DNA of 64,000 nucleotides from Bacillales bacterium (GTDB lineage Bacteria; Bacillota_I; Bacilli_A; RFN20; CAG-449): NCBI GenBank assembly GCA_029006735.1, contig JAQXGN010000022.1, positions 9,640 to 73,639 of the forward strand, read 5' to 3'. Shown piece by piece: positions 1 to 14,400 of this stretch (position 1 is its first letter; each line of letters starts with the position of its first letter). The notes under the pieces were generated by a model. It saw only the letters and a program-made list of their open reading frames with translations, ran no database searches and was not told where the DNA came from. The position numbers and the translations under genes were made by a program.

Positions 1-3000
1 TGAAGCCCCTTTATATGTTTCATAAGTAATACTATTAAAATAGTTTTCATCATCATAACTTCCAATACTATTAACAATATAACCTTCTTTTACAGTAATA
101 TTATCTTTTATGATTTCATCATTTAAAACAGGTTTTTCAATCGAATACTTTGTTGAATTAGTATTAGAAACTATAACATCTGATGCGTTATAAATAGTAT
201 CTACTGAACCTTTTTTAACATATTTATAATTGATATCATATTCAATTACTTTAAATCTTCCATAGATAGTTAAATCTTCTAGATATCCTGATAAAGAAGT
301 GATTTCACTTTCTTCATTATTAATTTCTAAATACCATCCAATAAATTCATATCCTTCTGCAGAACCATCAATAAGTTCAAAATAATTTTTAACAGTATAT
401 GTAGTATTGTTATTAATTTTAAAGTTATTTCCTGTTCTTTCTTCCCAATCATAGTTTACAATCTTGTAAGTGATATTATAAGTATGAACCTTATATACTG
501 CATTTAACACAATATCTGATATGTCTTGCATTGTTGTTCCATCAATGACAGATATTCTAGTTAATTCACCAATAACCCAATAAACAAAGTCATAACCAGG
601 TTTACTTGCGTCAGCTAAAGTAATCTTATCCTTGACTGTAAATGTACTTGGGTTATTTGGATTATTCTCACCACCATTTAAATTGTAAGTAATTTTATAG
701 TGGATAATATCCCAAATTGCATTGAGTGTAACTGTTTTTTTATTATCACCACAATCATATGTCCAATTACCATTTTGATCTAATAATTCTCCATTATAAT
801 ACCATCCAACAAATTCATATCCTCTTAATGTTGGTTGGCTTAATGAATAAGGTTGATCAAATGTAACAACAAATGATGATACGTTACTACCTTCACCAGA
901 ATTAAATTCTAATGTATATTGTTTAGCAGTCCAAGATGCTTTTAACTCATAATCTCTATGTGAACCAGCTTTAATCACACTAATAGGATATCCATCATCT
1001 TTCCATCCATTAAATACATAACCATCTCTTGAAGGATTACTTAAATTAATACTATTTGATTCAATTGTATATGTGATTGATGAAGGATAAGGTTTTGTAA
1101 CTATAGTTGATCCAAGAGCTTCACCATATTCAAAACTAATTGTATATGTGATTGGCTCAAGAGTTACAGTTACTATCTTATTACCATATTCATTTTCTAA
1201 TCTTTGAATTGAATATGATTTAAAATTATAGCCTAGTTTTGTTGCTTGATAATTATCATAGTCAATAACATCTTCTACTATATATGTAGTTGGTGCATTA
1301 TTACTTACTTCAGTTAAACTTATTCCACTTGTACTCTTATATTCATAAGTAATTTTATAAGTAATTGGTGTCATTGAAGCTGTTACAACAATATCTTTAT
1401 ATGTTGAAGTTGTATTGTTTTTGTCCCAATTAGAGAAAGCATAACCTGAAGAAGTAATATAATATTCATTAAATCTGACTTCATTTTCTACAGTAAATTC
1501 AGTTGGTAAAGATGATAAATCAACTTTTAAAGTAATATCTTTTCCACTACTACTTAATACTTTATATGTAATTGTATAAGTGAGTAAATTCATATTGATT
1601 GTAACATCAAGATTTTCAAAATATCCTTCAGTTGAAGAAATTGACCAAGAACCAAATTCATAGCCATTAATTGAAATAACTCGACCAGAGAAATATACTT
1701 TATTCTCTGCTGTATAAGTTGTTGGTAAACTTGATAAATTTGCACTTGTTGTAATATCTTTTCCACTACTACTTAATACTTTATATGTAATTGTATAAGT
1801 AATAGGCTCAAGAGTTACTGTTACTATCTTATCACCATATTCATTTTCTAATTTTTGAATTGAATATGATTTAAAATTATATCCTTGCTTTGTAACTATG
1901 TAATCATCATTAACAAAATCAATAACATCTTCTACTATATATGTAGTTGGTGCATTATTACTTACTTCAGTTAAAATTATTCCACTTGTACTCTTATATT
2001 CATAAGTAATTTTATAAGTAATTGGTGTCATTGAAGCTGTTACAACAATATCTTCATATGTTGCAGATGTATTTACTCTATCCCAACCACTAAATGAATA
2101 TCCATCTCGATTCATTGTATAATCTATAAAAACAATTGGATTTTCTACAGTAAAAATAGTTGGAGCAGAAGTTGTCGCATTAGATAAAGTATCACCCTTA
2201 CTATTGACTGCTTTATATGTTACATGATATTCAATGACAGTTAATTTACCTACTACATTAATATCTTCATAGATACCATTTGTAGAAGTAATAGAAGAAT
2301 CATTATATAACCAAGAATTATTTGAATTAAATGAATAACCAGCTTTTGATGCATTTAATTTAGTAAAATCAATTGGATTTTCTACACTAAAGTCGATAGT
2401 AGTTAATCCTTCAACACCATTTAATACACTATTATTTTGATTAACATAAGATAAAGTCGCACGATATACAATAACTTCCATTGTTCCTACTACTTCTAGA
2501 TCATTATATACCGAAGAAGTATTTTCCTTAGACCAAGACTTAAATTCATAGCCATCTAAAGAAGGAGTATATGTAGTAAAGTCAATAGGATTTTCAACCG
2601 TGAATGTATCTCTTATTGTTGTATTATATGTGTAGCCAAATAATATATTACCACTTTGATTAACAACTTTATAACTAACATTATATGTATTAATCGTAAA
2701 GTATGCTTTTACAACGATATCTTCATAAACACCATTTGTATTCTCTATTTCCCAATAACTAAATGAATAGCCATTAACACTAATAGCGTTAGAAACATTG
2801 AAAGTAATTGGGTTAGTGACAGTAAATGTTTCTCTAATACCATTTTTAATAATGTCACCAATACATGCTTTACCTGTCTCTACATTGATTGCTTGATATG
2901 TAACTGTATAGACAATTTCTTCCCAAGAAGCAATGTATTTTCTATTTCCAATACTACCTTGAGCGATTTCCATATGGTCATTTGCAGGTTTACTTGTTCC

Positions 3001-5480
3001 ATCAACTTCTTCAATCCATCCTAAGAACTTATAACCAAGTCTAGTTGGATTATTTAAGCTAAATGTACTTGTTTCAATTGTATAAGAAGATGGATTTTCT
3101 CCACTTAAAGTACCACCTGCTAGATCATAAGTTAATGTATAAACAATTGGTTCCCAAGTAGCGATATATAATCTATTATTAATACTTCCTTTAGCGATAA
3201 CACTATTAAAGTTTTCACTAGTTGGTTCAAGATATTTTCCATCAACATAAACTTTCCATCCAGTAAAGTTATAGCCTACTCTAGTTGGATTATTTAATGA
3301 GAATGTTTCAGTTTCTATCGTAAATTGAGTTGGATTATTAGATACACTACCACCATTTAAATCATAAGTAAGAGAGTATTCAATTGCTTCATAATTAGCA
3401 AGATATCTTCTATTGCCATATGAATCTCCTTTTATAATTTGGATATAATCTACATTAGAAGTTAAAATCTCTCCATCTTTTTCTAATTGTAACTCTAATG
3501 TCCAGTTAATAAATGTATAACCAATAATCTCTTCTGCAAGATTAATAATCATACTATCAGTTTCAATAGTATATTCTCCTTTTTGAATTCTTTGTTCTAC
3601 AACATTACCATCTGTATCTATATATGAAGGATAAACTATTTCGATAGTATATATTGTTGGAACCCACATAGCAACAACAGTAACATCATCTGCCATTGTC
3701 CAAATTCCATTACTATCAAGTGGAACATAAATCTTATTTTCGTTTTCATCAAGTCCAAGATAGATATACCAACCTGCAAATTCATATGCTACTCTAGTTG
3801 GTACCTTTAATGTGTATTCTTGATCATATGTAACAGTTGATGAAGATAAACTATTTCCACCATTACAATCATAAGTTACTACATATTCATTTGGACTATA
3901 GACTGCGACAAAGTTATGATTACCGACTGAGTTAATTGTTATCGTCATTGGATTTTGATAAAGTGAATCATCTTCTCCTTCTTCTTTCCATCCAAGGAAT
4001 GTATAACCTTCAACATATGGATTATTAAGAGTAAATGTTGGAGTATCAATCATATATGTATCTGGTCCAAATGAAGTTTCTCCATCTGGAAGAGCACCTA
4101 CATGACCATTTACATCTACTTGATATGTGATTGTATAAATTGTCTTTTCCCAATTTGCTTCAAGAGTGATATCTCCTGCATTACCTATTGAAATGACATA
4201 ATCTTCACCAGTGTAAGCAACATATTCTCCATTTACATACCATCCTTTGAATGTATAACCTCTTAATGATGGTGTTGGAATTACTACACTTATTTCAATA
4301 TTATATTGTGCTGGAACTACGACATCTTCACCATAAGAACCACCATTTAAATTATATTTAATGTTATAAGAGACGACTTCCCATCTAGCGATATATCTTC
4401 TATTACCTGTACTACCTTTAATAATCTTTGCATTTGGTCCAGTAATTTCATTAATATCTTCACAACCTTCATCTGTGATTAATAATGACCAGCCAAGGAA
4501 TGCATAACCTCTTCTTTCTGGAGCAGGAATACTAATATCATTACTCAAAACTGTATATGTACCTGCTGCACAAGTTGTATCATCCTCTTCTAATGCATAA
4601 CATGAATATGAATAAGTAACTGGAATATAATCACAACGATATGATTTATTACCAATTGTACCTTTTTCAATTACGATTTCAGTATAAGTACTATTATTTG
4701 ATGTATCTGTGAATAATGAGAATGTATAACCTTTTACAGTTGGAGCAGTTAATGTAAATGTCTCTGTTTCAATTGTATATTCTTGAATCTTAACTTCTCC
4801 AGTTGGTTGTACTCTCATTGAAATCGTATATACTTCAGGAGTGAATACTGCAACATATTTTCTATCTCCTACACTGCCTTTATTAATAATTACAGTCTTT
4901 GCAGTAGTACCATCAGTTGATTTCCAACCAACAAATGAATAACCAACTTTTGTAGGGTTATTTAATGTAAATGTTTCTGTATCAACCGTAAATTCAGTTG
5001 GATTTTCAAGTCCTTCAGCTAATGTACCACTAGATAAATCATATTCAATTTTATATAGTTTTCTAATATATGTAACTTTGAAATCTACATTATTTAATGG
5101 CATTGTGAAAGAATACATTTTCTCTGTTTTTGAGTAAGGAACGTTACCAGCTTCTGTATAGATTTTGATAGATCCTTCGTCACATTCATAACCTGGGATA
5201 TTATCAACAGTAACAGAAACACTATTACCATAAGATTCATTCAAAGTTAATGTTTCTTTCTTTAATTCAACGGTTTCGCCTTCCTTTGTAATTTCGATAT
5301 ATGTTCTTTCAATATTGACACTAAATGCGTTTGTCCAATGAGCATATAAAGTGACATCATAATCAAATGACCAAGATTTTAAAGTTTTACCTAAATAGTT
5401 TGTAATTTGAGTATCATTTTGATCAAACCAACCAACAAAGATATAGCCGACATTTGCTTCAACCTTAACTGGGATTGGGA
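1..5480 (-). repeat. Array of roughly two dozen 70-80 aa Listeria-Bacteroides type repeats (Flg_new / InlB B-repeat like) in the C-terminal visible part of the giant CDS
   Basis: Hand translations: 781-960 = HRDYELKASWTAKQYTLEFNSGEGSNVSSFVVTFDQPYSLSQPTLRGYEFVGWYYNGELL; 661-690 = TYNLNGGENN; 2881-3000 = GTSKPANDHMEIAQGSIGNRKYIASWEEIVYTVTYQAINV; 5281-5400 = NYLGKTLKSWSFDYDVTLYAHWTNAFSV. The recurring pattern G-Y-x-F-x-G-W ... A-x-W ... Y-T-[ILV]-x-[YF]-x-x-N-G-G is the signature of this repeat family. The copy number is estimated from length only. Confidence 0.8.
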
Positions 5481-8400
5481 ATGTATATGATTGATTATAA
5501 ACAATATCATCTACTACAGTTGTATCTAAACGATAATCTTTATTTGATGTGAAATTTCCAGATGGATTTAAATCTAAGAATGCTGAATAAGTATTTGCAA
5601 TAACAAAGACACGTACATTTACATCATCTGTAATTGTACTTGGAATAGTATAATGAATGTATCCATCACTTTCAGTTGGAATTAAATCATCAACTCCAGT
5701 GATCATAATATTAGACTTTGTATAACCTTTTTCAATCTTAATTCTTATTTCTAATTCAGAATTTGAAATTGTAGTAGCTTGTGCTCTTTCCCAAACACCA
5801 TTTTGTTTCATTTCAATCGAATAACCAACACCAGTTGAGAAAGTAACAACATATTTAGCTTCTTCAAATACAGGATATAAGACTAATGGTCCATCTAATT
5901 CTTTCAAATCGATAATTGCACCATCTGAATAATGTTTAGCACCTGTAGTACCACCACCATTTGATAAACTTACTGAATCTTGATAATCAACTGACCAATA
6001 AGCAAAACGTTTTCCTGTAGGAGCGTTATTTCCTAATGATTGATATAAAACAAGAGAAATAACTGAGTCTTTTTCAACAAATTGATTATATGAACCGTAG
6101 TAATAATATTCATAACCTTCAGTTCCACCACTAAATTCATATGGTTGGACAATGTATCCTTTACCATCATGAACTAATGTTGAAACATCAATTACTTTTT
6201 CAGATAATGCTGCTGAAGATAAGACGAAGTAAATACTATCTTCATTGAATGAAGAAGGTACTCCATCTACTTTATCATAATAATTATCATTCTTTAATTC
6301 AGGGAATTCAGCTTTAATATATGTATCTTTATAAATATAGCCGACAAAGTAATTATCTCTTAATGCTGGATCAAATCTTGATAAATCAGCATCTTCATCC
6401 ATTACATAATAAATGATATTTAATCCGTTTGGACCTCCACCATTTAATGATATTCTAAATTGATTTTCGGTAATCTTACCATCACCATTATTTCCTGCTA
6501 GAGATAAATAATTATTCTTTTGATAGTAGGTAGTTGCATCATTATATACAGTTGCTTTCTTGAAATAATAGTATCCACCATTTCTAATTGCAGTTGTAAA
6601 GTCACCTTCTTCAAATGTAGTTGGTCTATATACTGGTGCAACTAAAATTCCATCAACAACAGAACCTTCATCATGTTTAATTGTATATACTTCATCTTCA
6701 CCGACAACAAAGTCAACCTTTCCTTGAGTGACTTCGCTTATATAATAACGGCCTTCTACTGATGTGTCTAATGCATCTTTTTTACTTACTTGAGTATATA
6801 CTCCATTTTCTGCATCATATGTAAAATAATGATAAGAATCAACATATAATTCATCTTTAATTGTTGCTCGTGCATTTATATCATAATAGTATTTTTGATC
6901 TAATTTAACGTTATTTACTTGAGTTAAAATATTTTTACCATCATTATTTGTTAATGCAAAATATTTTTCATTACCTGTAGTATCATATTGATGCATATTT
7001 TCATATTGTTCAGCAGTAACATAAACTCCATTAAATGTATCTTCTAGAACAACTTCAAAAGTAGTATCACTTGTTTTTTTATATAAAGTTCTATTATCTC
7101 TATCTAAATAATAATTAGATTGTCTTCCATTAGAAATAACATAATATACTTTATCTAAAGATACTTCATTTCTTTCAATATATTCATTATTATTTTTAAC
7201 TAATAAAGTCGTGAAATCATTATCAATTAAGTATTTTAAAGAAGTAGAATTATCGACTTTTGTTGGTGATTTATAATATGTTCCATCAAGATACATACTT
7301 TCACCACTTTGTACTTGAACAATAGCTTTATTATCATCAGTTTTACGTAAATAATCAACTAAAGGATCATATTGCTCATTAACAATATTTTTAACACTAT
7401 AATAATCACTTGTCTTAATTAGTTTATAAATTGCTATATATAAATCATTTCCACTAAGTGAATCACTATTAGTGACTAAATCAATGTACTTTTTATATGC
7501 TTCACCATCTTTATAAGATAATTGAGCTGTACTACGATTATTTGAAATATTATCATTATCAATAATACTTAAAAGATTAGAGTATGTAATATAATCATTA
7601 TTATATGTTTTATTTAAATTTTTATAAACGTTAATGACTTGATCATATATTAATTGATTTTCTCCTTGATTTGTTGGATATAAAGTAATTGACTCATTTA
7701 CACCAATACTAGTTCGGACTTTAATATCACCAGTATATTTTTCAGAGTTAGTAACCCGACCATTAGTATACCAAGTATTCTTCTTTAAATCATCTTTTTT
7801 GGCAAATGTAGTAGAATACTTTGTTACCTCACTTTTGTTCCATACTGAAGTACCATAATGTAATTCACTATTGTTAAAATCAACAATCATCAAAGGACCA
7901 TTAGGGAAATTATTATATGCAGCATCTTCAACAATTTTGCCATTATTATCAACCTTGAAAGTTGCAATATATTGGCTATTATTAACATATCTATATACAT
8001 AAACACTATCTACTACTATCCCATCGACATCTTTATTAGCATGATAATTTCCATTCTCATCAAATTCTGCCTTGTAATAAGTTTGATTAGGATCATATGT
8101 GTCATGAACATTAACTTTTGTATAACTATCGCCATTTTTTATTGCTAGACAAGTATAATAATAATACACTCTAAAAGGCCAAAACCCTTCCGTCCTAGAT
8201 CCATATTGATAATTAAGGCCATTTGTTTCTCCATCAACATTATTATAGAAATGTAATTCTACTTCATTTCCATCTTTATCATAAACATTTTGACCTACGT
8301 TAATCTTAAAATAATAGTCACTGAAACCATTCACATATGAATGTGATTTTACTGGACAAGTTTCAACACCTTCATCATCTTCATTTATCTTTCTTTCAAA

Positions 8401-11400
8401 ATATAATTCATTATCTAAAATAACATCACCGATATCTAATATACCTGCATAATTATCACCATTTTTAGTTACTAAAAGTTCACCTTTATCATATTTATTA
8501 GAGATATCACCAATAGTATTTAATTTAGGAGAATTTGTATCCATAGTATAATAAATACCATTAGCCAAATTTGGATTTGCTTCAACATATTTATTATCTT
8601 GTTTTGAATATACTATTCTATCTTCTGCTGCTCCTTTATTGATAATTGTATTTGTAGTACCTGGAACATAATAATATGTATCATTTTTGAGATATTGGTT
8701 TTCTTCGTATGTTAAAGATTGATTAATATCCATTGAATAATAATCGACATCTAATATAGATTTATCATCTAATCTAACTGTTTCATTAGTATAAATAGTT
8801 TCATTATCATCAATAAAATAATAAGCATCTGATAAAGCAATAACATTTACACTTTCATAATGTCCATCAACATATTTGAAATATGATTTAGCTCCATCTA
8901 ATGATGTTAATGTAACAGCTTTACGGTTACCAGCTGCATCTTGGTTAACATATTCAATCTTATAATATCCTGATTGAGGATCAATATAGAATTTATCTAC
9001 CTTAGTATAAGTTTCAGTACCATTATTATTGAAATAAATATAGTATTCTTTTGTATCATCAATTTGAGTACCATATTCAATATAATTTAATGTACCAACA
9101 TCACCGATAACAAATAAACCTGTATTAACAGTTAATTTAGATTCAATAAATACATCGTCACCATTTTCATCTTTCTTTATTACATAATAAGTAATATTTG
9201 GATCGATTGTATCAATTCTATCATCAAATTGTTTCATTACATAATAAGTAACATTTGGGTTAAAAATAGATACTGCAGTTGGAACATAACCACTACCAGT
9301 TTTAATATAATAAGTTACATCTGGACTAAATACATCATCCTTAGTAGTTTCCTGATAATAGAAATATTCTCCATCATTAAAGTTCGATGCATCAACATCA
9401 ACTTGAGTAAAGCCATAATAGTAATATTTTACTGTTGGATCATAAGTATCATCTTTAGTAATCTTATTAAATACATAATAATCTACATCTTTTTCAAAAG
9501 CATTGACCATGACTTCTGATAAAATTGGGTTACCATTTGGATCAGTACCTGTAATAACATAATATGTTTTACCAGAAATTAATTCATCTGTCTTAACAAA
9601 TTCAACTAACTTATCTTTTAATGAATCAAAATTATCACTTGTAACTTTTTCTTGAACATAAACGTTAGTTGCAAAATAAGTTTCATCTTCATTGTAGTAT
9701 TGATTTTGATAATAGAATAAATTAATTGAAGAAGCAGGTAAACGAGTTAATTTTACATATGTAAAGACAAAATATGTATCATCTTGTCTTCTTCTATTAT
9801 CAATAGAATAATCTAAATCATAAACACCTGGTTCAATAGAAGAAATATTGTTAATAACTAAACGATAATATGTTTTTCCACTAACGCAATTTCCTCCCTT
9901 AATTGGTGAATATGATTTACTATCTTTATTGTAATAATAGTAATTATTTTCAGCGACAATTGATTCAAATGGTACTTCAATATAGTCATATAAAGTAACT
10001 TGTTTAATTTCACTGACGACGTTTTCATTAGCATCAGTAACTTTAATTGGATTATTCTCTAATTTAATTGTATTTGGAACAATAAATGTAGAATCGAGTT
10101 TATATTCTTCATATTCATTATTATATTTATTTGTTAATGAATCATAGACAACTTTATTAGCAATATATAAGAAGTAATTTGTTTCACCTTGAACACGAAC
10201 TGCATCACAATTAGAGAAACTTCCATCAGCTGCAGTATCATGGTTATAATAAATTTCTGATCCACAATAATAGATAACATAAGTTCCTGGGAAACAAATG
10301 ATAAATGGTTTCTTTAATAAGGAATTACCATCTTTATCAACGATTCTAATTTCTTGATTTGCTTCAATAGTTGTGACTGTTGTAGTATATACAGAATATT
10401 CAGATTCAATTCCTCCACCAAAGTCATTAACCCAAAGCATTGATAATTTTTTATCACCAACAATAGCATAGAATTCATTTGTTTGCTCTTTAAAGGAAAT
10501 AGAATATGCATTACCTGTTGAAGCAATATTCTTAATATTATTTGAATCATAATCTATATTAATATAAGAACCATCAAAAATAGCTGCAGGTGAGAAAGTA
10601 ATTTCAAGGAATTCTTTATTAGATAAATTACATCTAGTATCATCCCAATTTTTGATTACTTCATGATATTCATCTAAATTCATATTCTCAATTGCAGAGA
10701 AGTATAATCGATATGTTTTTTCCTCTTCAGATAATCCTACTGGAGTATAAGAATAAGTCTTACCTTTATAAGAGACTCTAATAGTATAGTTTTGCGCTAA
10801 AATGATATCAGCATAGAATTGTGTTCTATTAAATGTTGATTGTAAAGAATATGTAGCTGAAACTAATCCATCAGCTTTAGAAACTAAAACGATTGAATTA
10901 TTTAATTCCGTATCTGTTGTATCAACATAAGGTAATGTATACTCAACAATTCGGCCAATTTTACCATTTGCAGTAACTTGTAATGTAACTAAATATGAGC
11001 CATTTTTACCAACAATTAAAGCTTGTGAAGCATTTGCAACATAGTCCCAAGAATAATCTTGATTTAATGTATATGATTTTCCTTGCCAATCATAAATCAA
11101 TACTTGTTGACCTACGTCTAATTGAACGTCTTCTGCGAAGAAACGATCATTTTTAACATCATATAATAAGCCCGCTAAATTAACAGACCAGTTTTTATTA
11201 CTTCTGATTGTGTATAAATACTCAGTTCCATCATTATAAAGATATGCATTATTATCAGAATTCTTAGCAACCTCTTTATTAACAATTTTTGGTGTGAAGA
11301 AAATACAACCAGTTGCTTTAACTTGTTCAGTAATTGTAAATGAAAGTGGAACTGTAGTTTTTACACCTACCTCATCACTTGTACAACTAAAGACAACTTT

Positions 11401-14400
11401 ATTTGGTAATAAAGAAGCATATCGATAAATATACTTTGCACTTAACCAACCAGTTTGACCATTAACAATAAGAGCTTTATTGTTTTGATCTTTCTCTAGC
11501 ATTGTTCCACTAGCGATAAATGTATCATCATGATATAAAGCATAATTAATTGTATTACCATTAACTAATGACCATTCATTTTCATCTTTAAAATATAAAC
11601 TAATTGATTCATTTAAAACTTCATCGTTATTATTGACTTCAAAAGTAACTTTATATTGGAAGTTAGAATAGAGGTTTAAATTACCAATATTAATATTTGT
11701 AGTTGTATGAGAAACGTTAATGTTATAATATCCGGTAGTTTGAACGATATATTTACGATAATCACTATTAGTAGCATCATTAACATAAATAATATCATCT
11801 GTTGGTAATGAGACATTTTCAATTGTATTAATGAAAGCATCACCTGTAGAAATTCTAAACTTATCACCTTTATTTAGGAAAATACCCGTAATTGTATACA
11901 CACTACCTTTTTTATTAGATCCTGTACCTAAATTATCAGTTAAAGTTTTATTATAAACTAAACCATAACTATTTGATACTTTCCAGTTATTAAATGAACC
12001 AATCAAATAATAATCGTATTGTCTATCAATACCAGTTGATGAACCTTGATTGACAATTGTGGAATAAATATCATCAGATGTTGTTAAATCAACTTTTGTA
12101 TCAGTTGTTGTTCCACCAATAATACTAGAAGAACCAGAAGATAAAGCTTTTGATTCACTAGAAGCAACGAATTGATAGTTACCATTACTTAATAATATGA
12201 AATAACCAATAACTTGTGGATTATTACCAGTTGAAACAACCTTAAAATATGAGTCATCCCTACCTCTTAAAGGAACTGTGCCGACGAAAGTTTGATATCC
12301 ATTTTTACTAGTTGCATTACGATCAAAACTTAATTTGGAAACAACATTACCTGTTTCATCAATAACATTATAAGAAACATTAGAGTATTCACAGTTTTCA
12401 TTTGGAGTGAATAGCAATAATGTATTTTCTTTATCTAAAGAGAATGCACCTAAAGAAGAATCTGCAGTAGTAGTACCGTAAGAGTTATAGATACCTTTTT
12501 CACCAGCTTCACCATCATTTAAGAAAGAAGAAATTAAATATGTTGCATTTAATGATGTTCCATTAGTTGCATTATATTCTTTAATATATTTACCAATTTC
12601 ACCATCATAGTAATATTCTTCAAATGATGAGTTTGCATTATTTCTAATAAATTCATAACTACCGATAATCGACAATTGTTCTTTTTCGGTGAAAATACTA
12701 TAGTTAGATACAACATACATTTTAAATGAATCTAAATTAGGAATCTTTTCAATGCGAATAAAATAATCATTAATAGGATATTTTAAAGTAGCATCAATAT
12801 ATAGTTGCGAAATTTCTGAAGTATATAAGTCTTGAGCATTATCAAATTCTACTCGAGTTCCAGTAGTTGCATCACTAGTAGCTTTATAATAATAAGTCTT
12901 AACTTCCTCGAATTTACTTACTACTTTATTACCATTTTCATCCTTTTGCTCAGCGTATAAAATATCATAATTTGTTTTTGTAATATAAGAAGCATTTACA
13001 TAGATGTAATTTGGATCAAGACCATTTTGATATGCCTCTTCTTTAGAGAAGAAAGTATAAGCAAACATCAATAATCCACTTCTTCTTAATCGAGTATGTC
13101 CTTGATAAACATCACCAAATACAACTGGTAATAATCCATTGGTATTAGTATCATTTGTATCACCAATTGGTTTTTCATCAGCATATGAATACCATAAGAA
13201 ACGGCAATAATTATATCCTTCTGGGACTTCAATATAATATAAATCATCACCAGTTTTATAATTATGATTTACAACGTATTCATAATTATCATTAGTAATT
13301 GCATTTGTCTTATAGAATATAACTTTAATATATTGTAAATCTTCTTTATATCGATTATCATAATATCCACCATTAGTCATGTAAGTACTATAAATACCTT
13401 CATCAGTTTCTTTTGTACTACCAATAATAGCTCCACCAATACCACCACCATCAGGAATTTCTGATGTACCTTTATATAAATCAAGATAAATATATTGGTT
13501 AGTTGTTCCATGAATAACGTGATTATCCATTGATTTTACAGTATAAACAGCTGCAGAAGTAGTTGATTTAATTGCCTCATTATTCAGCGCTTCTGACTCA
13601 TAAGAATAATTATATTCCTTACCATTTAATGTAAATGTATTACTTGTAGTTTGAGCACCAGTTAATGTCCAAGGTACATCTTCTCCTTCAATAATCTTTC
13701 CACTATCATCTAATCGATAGAAAGAAATATACATAGGAGCACCATAATCTAAATCAAATTCATATTTATAAGTTGAACCTACTTTTGTCATTTGATAAGC
13801 TTCATTATTTGTTGTTGGATTACTTTTTCCATCGTAATAAAGAACCTCTTGAGTCTTATCATATAAAGAATATGCTTTTAAATAGACATCTCCTTCATAA
13901 CCATCCCAATATTCAGGAATAGTAAAATTAACGATGATTTTATCATCATTAACAGAGATAATTTCATTTAAATAATAAATACGTTCAACACCAATTCTTG
14001 ATTGAGTCTTAACTTCTAATAAGTAATCAACATCATTAATCATTTCATTGTAATAATGAATTGAATTATAAATGTGACATGGAGAGAATTTAACTTGATA
14101 TTTGTGATTTTCACTAGCGTAACTAGCATTCAAATAAGAAACATCAAAGCTTGTTAAAAGACGGTCTTCATTTACTCCATAAATTGTCTTTGTTTCATAT
14201 ACTTTTAAAGTTGGATAGTTATAAACACCTAAGTCGTAACTATATTCTTCAAAACTGTCTTCTTTTACATTTAAAGAAAGCATATCTTCAACTATACGAC
14301 CATCAGATGCAGTATAATTGATTTTATATGTGTATTTTACAGTTGTTAAAGTCCAATAATCTTTACCTTTAACGAAACGCAATGTATATTTTGTATTTGC

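Noticed and set aside
1-5480. The regularly spaced repeats were considered as a possible CRISPR array or mobile-element repeat.
   Set aside because: The periodicity is about 219 nt, in frame, and it translates to Flg_new protein modules. There is no short repeat/spacer structure.
6700-9720. The Tyr-rich 20-aa repeats were considered as RHS/YD-repeat toxin shell or as choline-binding repeats.
   Set aside because: The diagnostic G-x-x-x-R-Y-x-Y-D-x-x-G-R-L core (YD) and the G-W-x-K-x-x-G-x-W-Y-Y core (CW_binding_1) are not present. I therefore report the tract as an unclassified repeat.
9229-11867. The only track ORFs inside the first 15.7 kb: 9229-9519 (+), 10314-10550 (-) and 11676-11867 (-).
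   Set aside because: All are out of frame with, or antisense to, the giant minus-strand reading frame. Their translations are low-complexity I/L/F/N strings typical of AT-rich off-frames, and none has an RBS. They are spurious.
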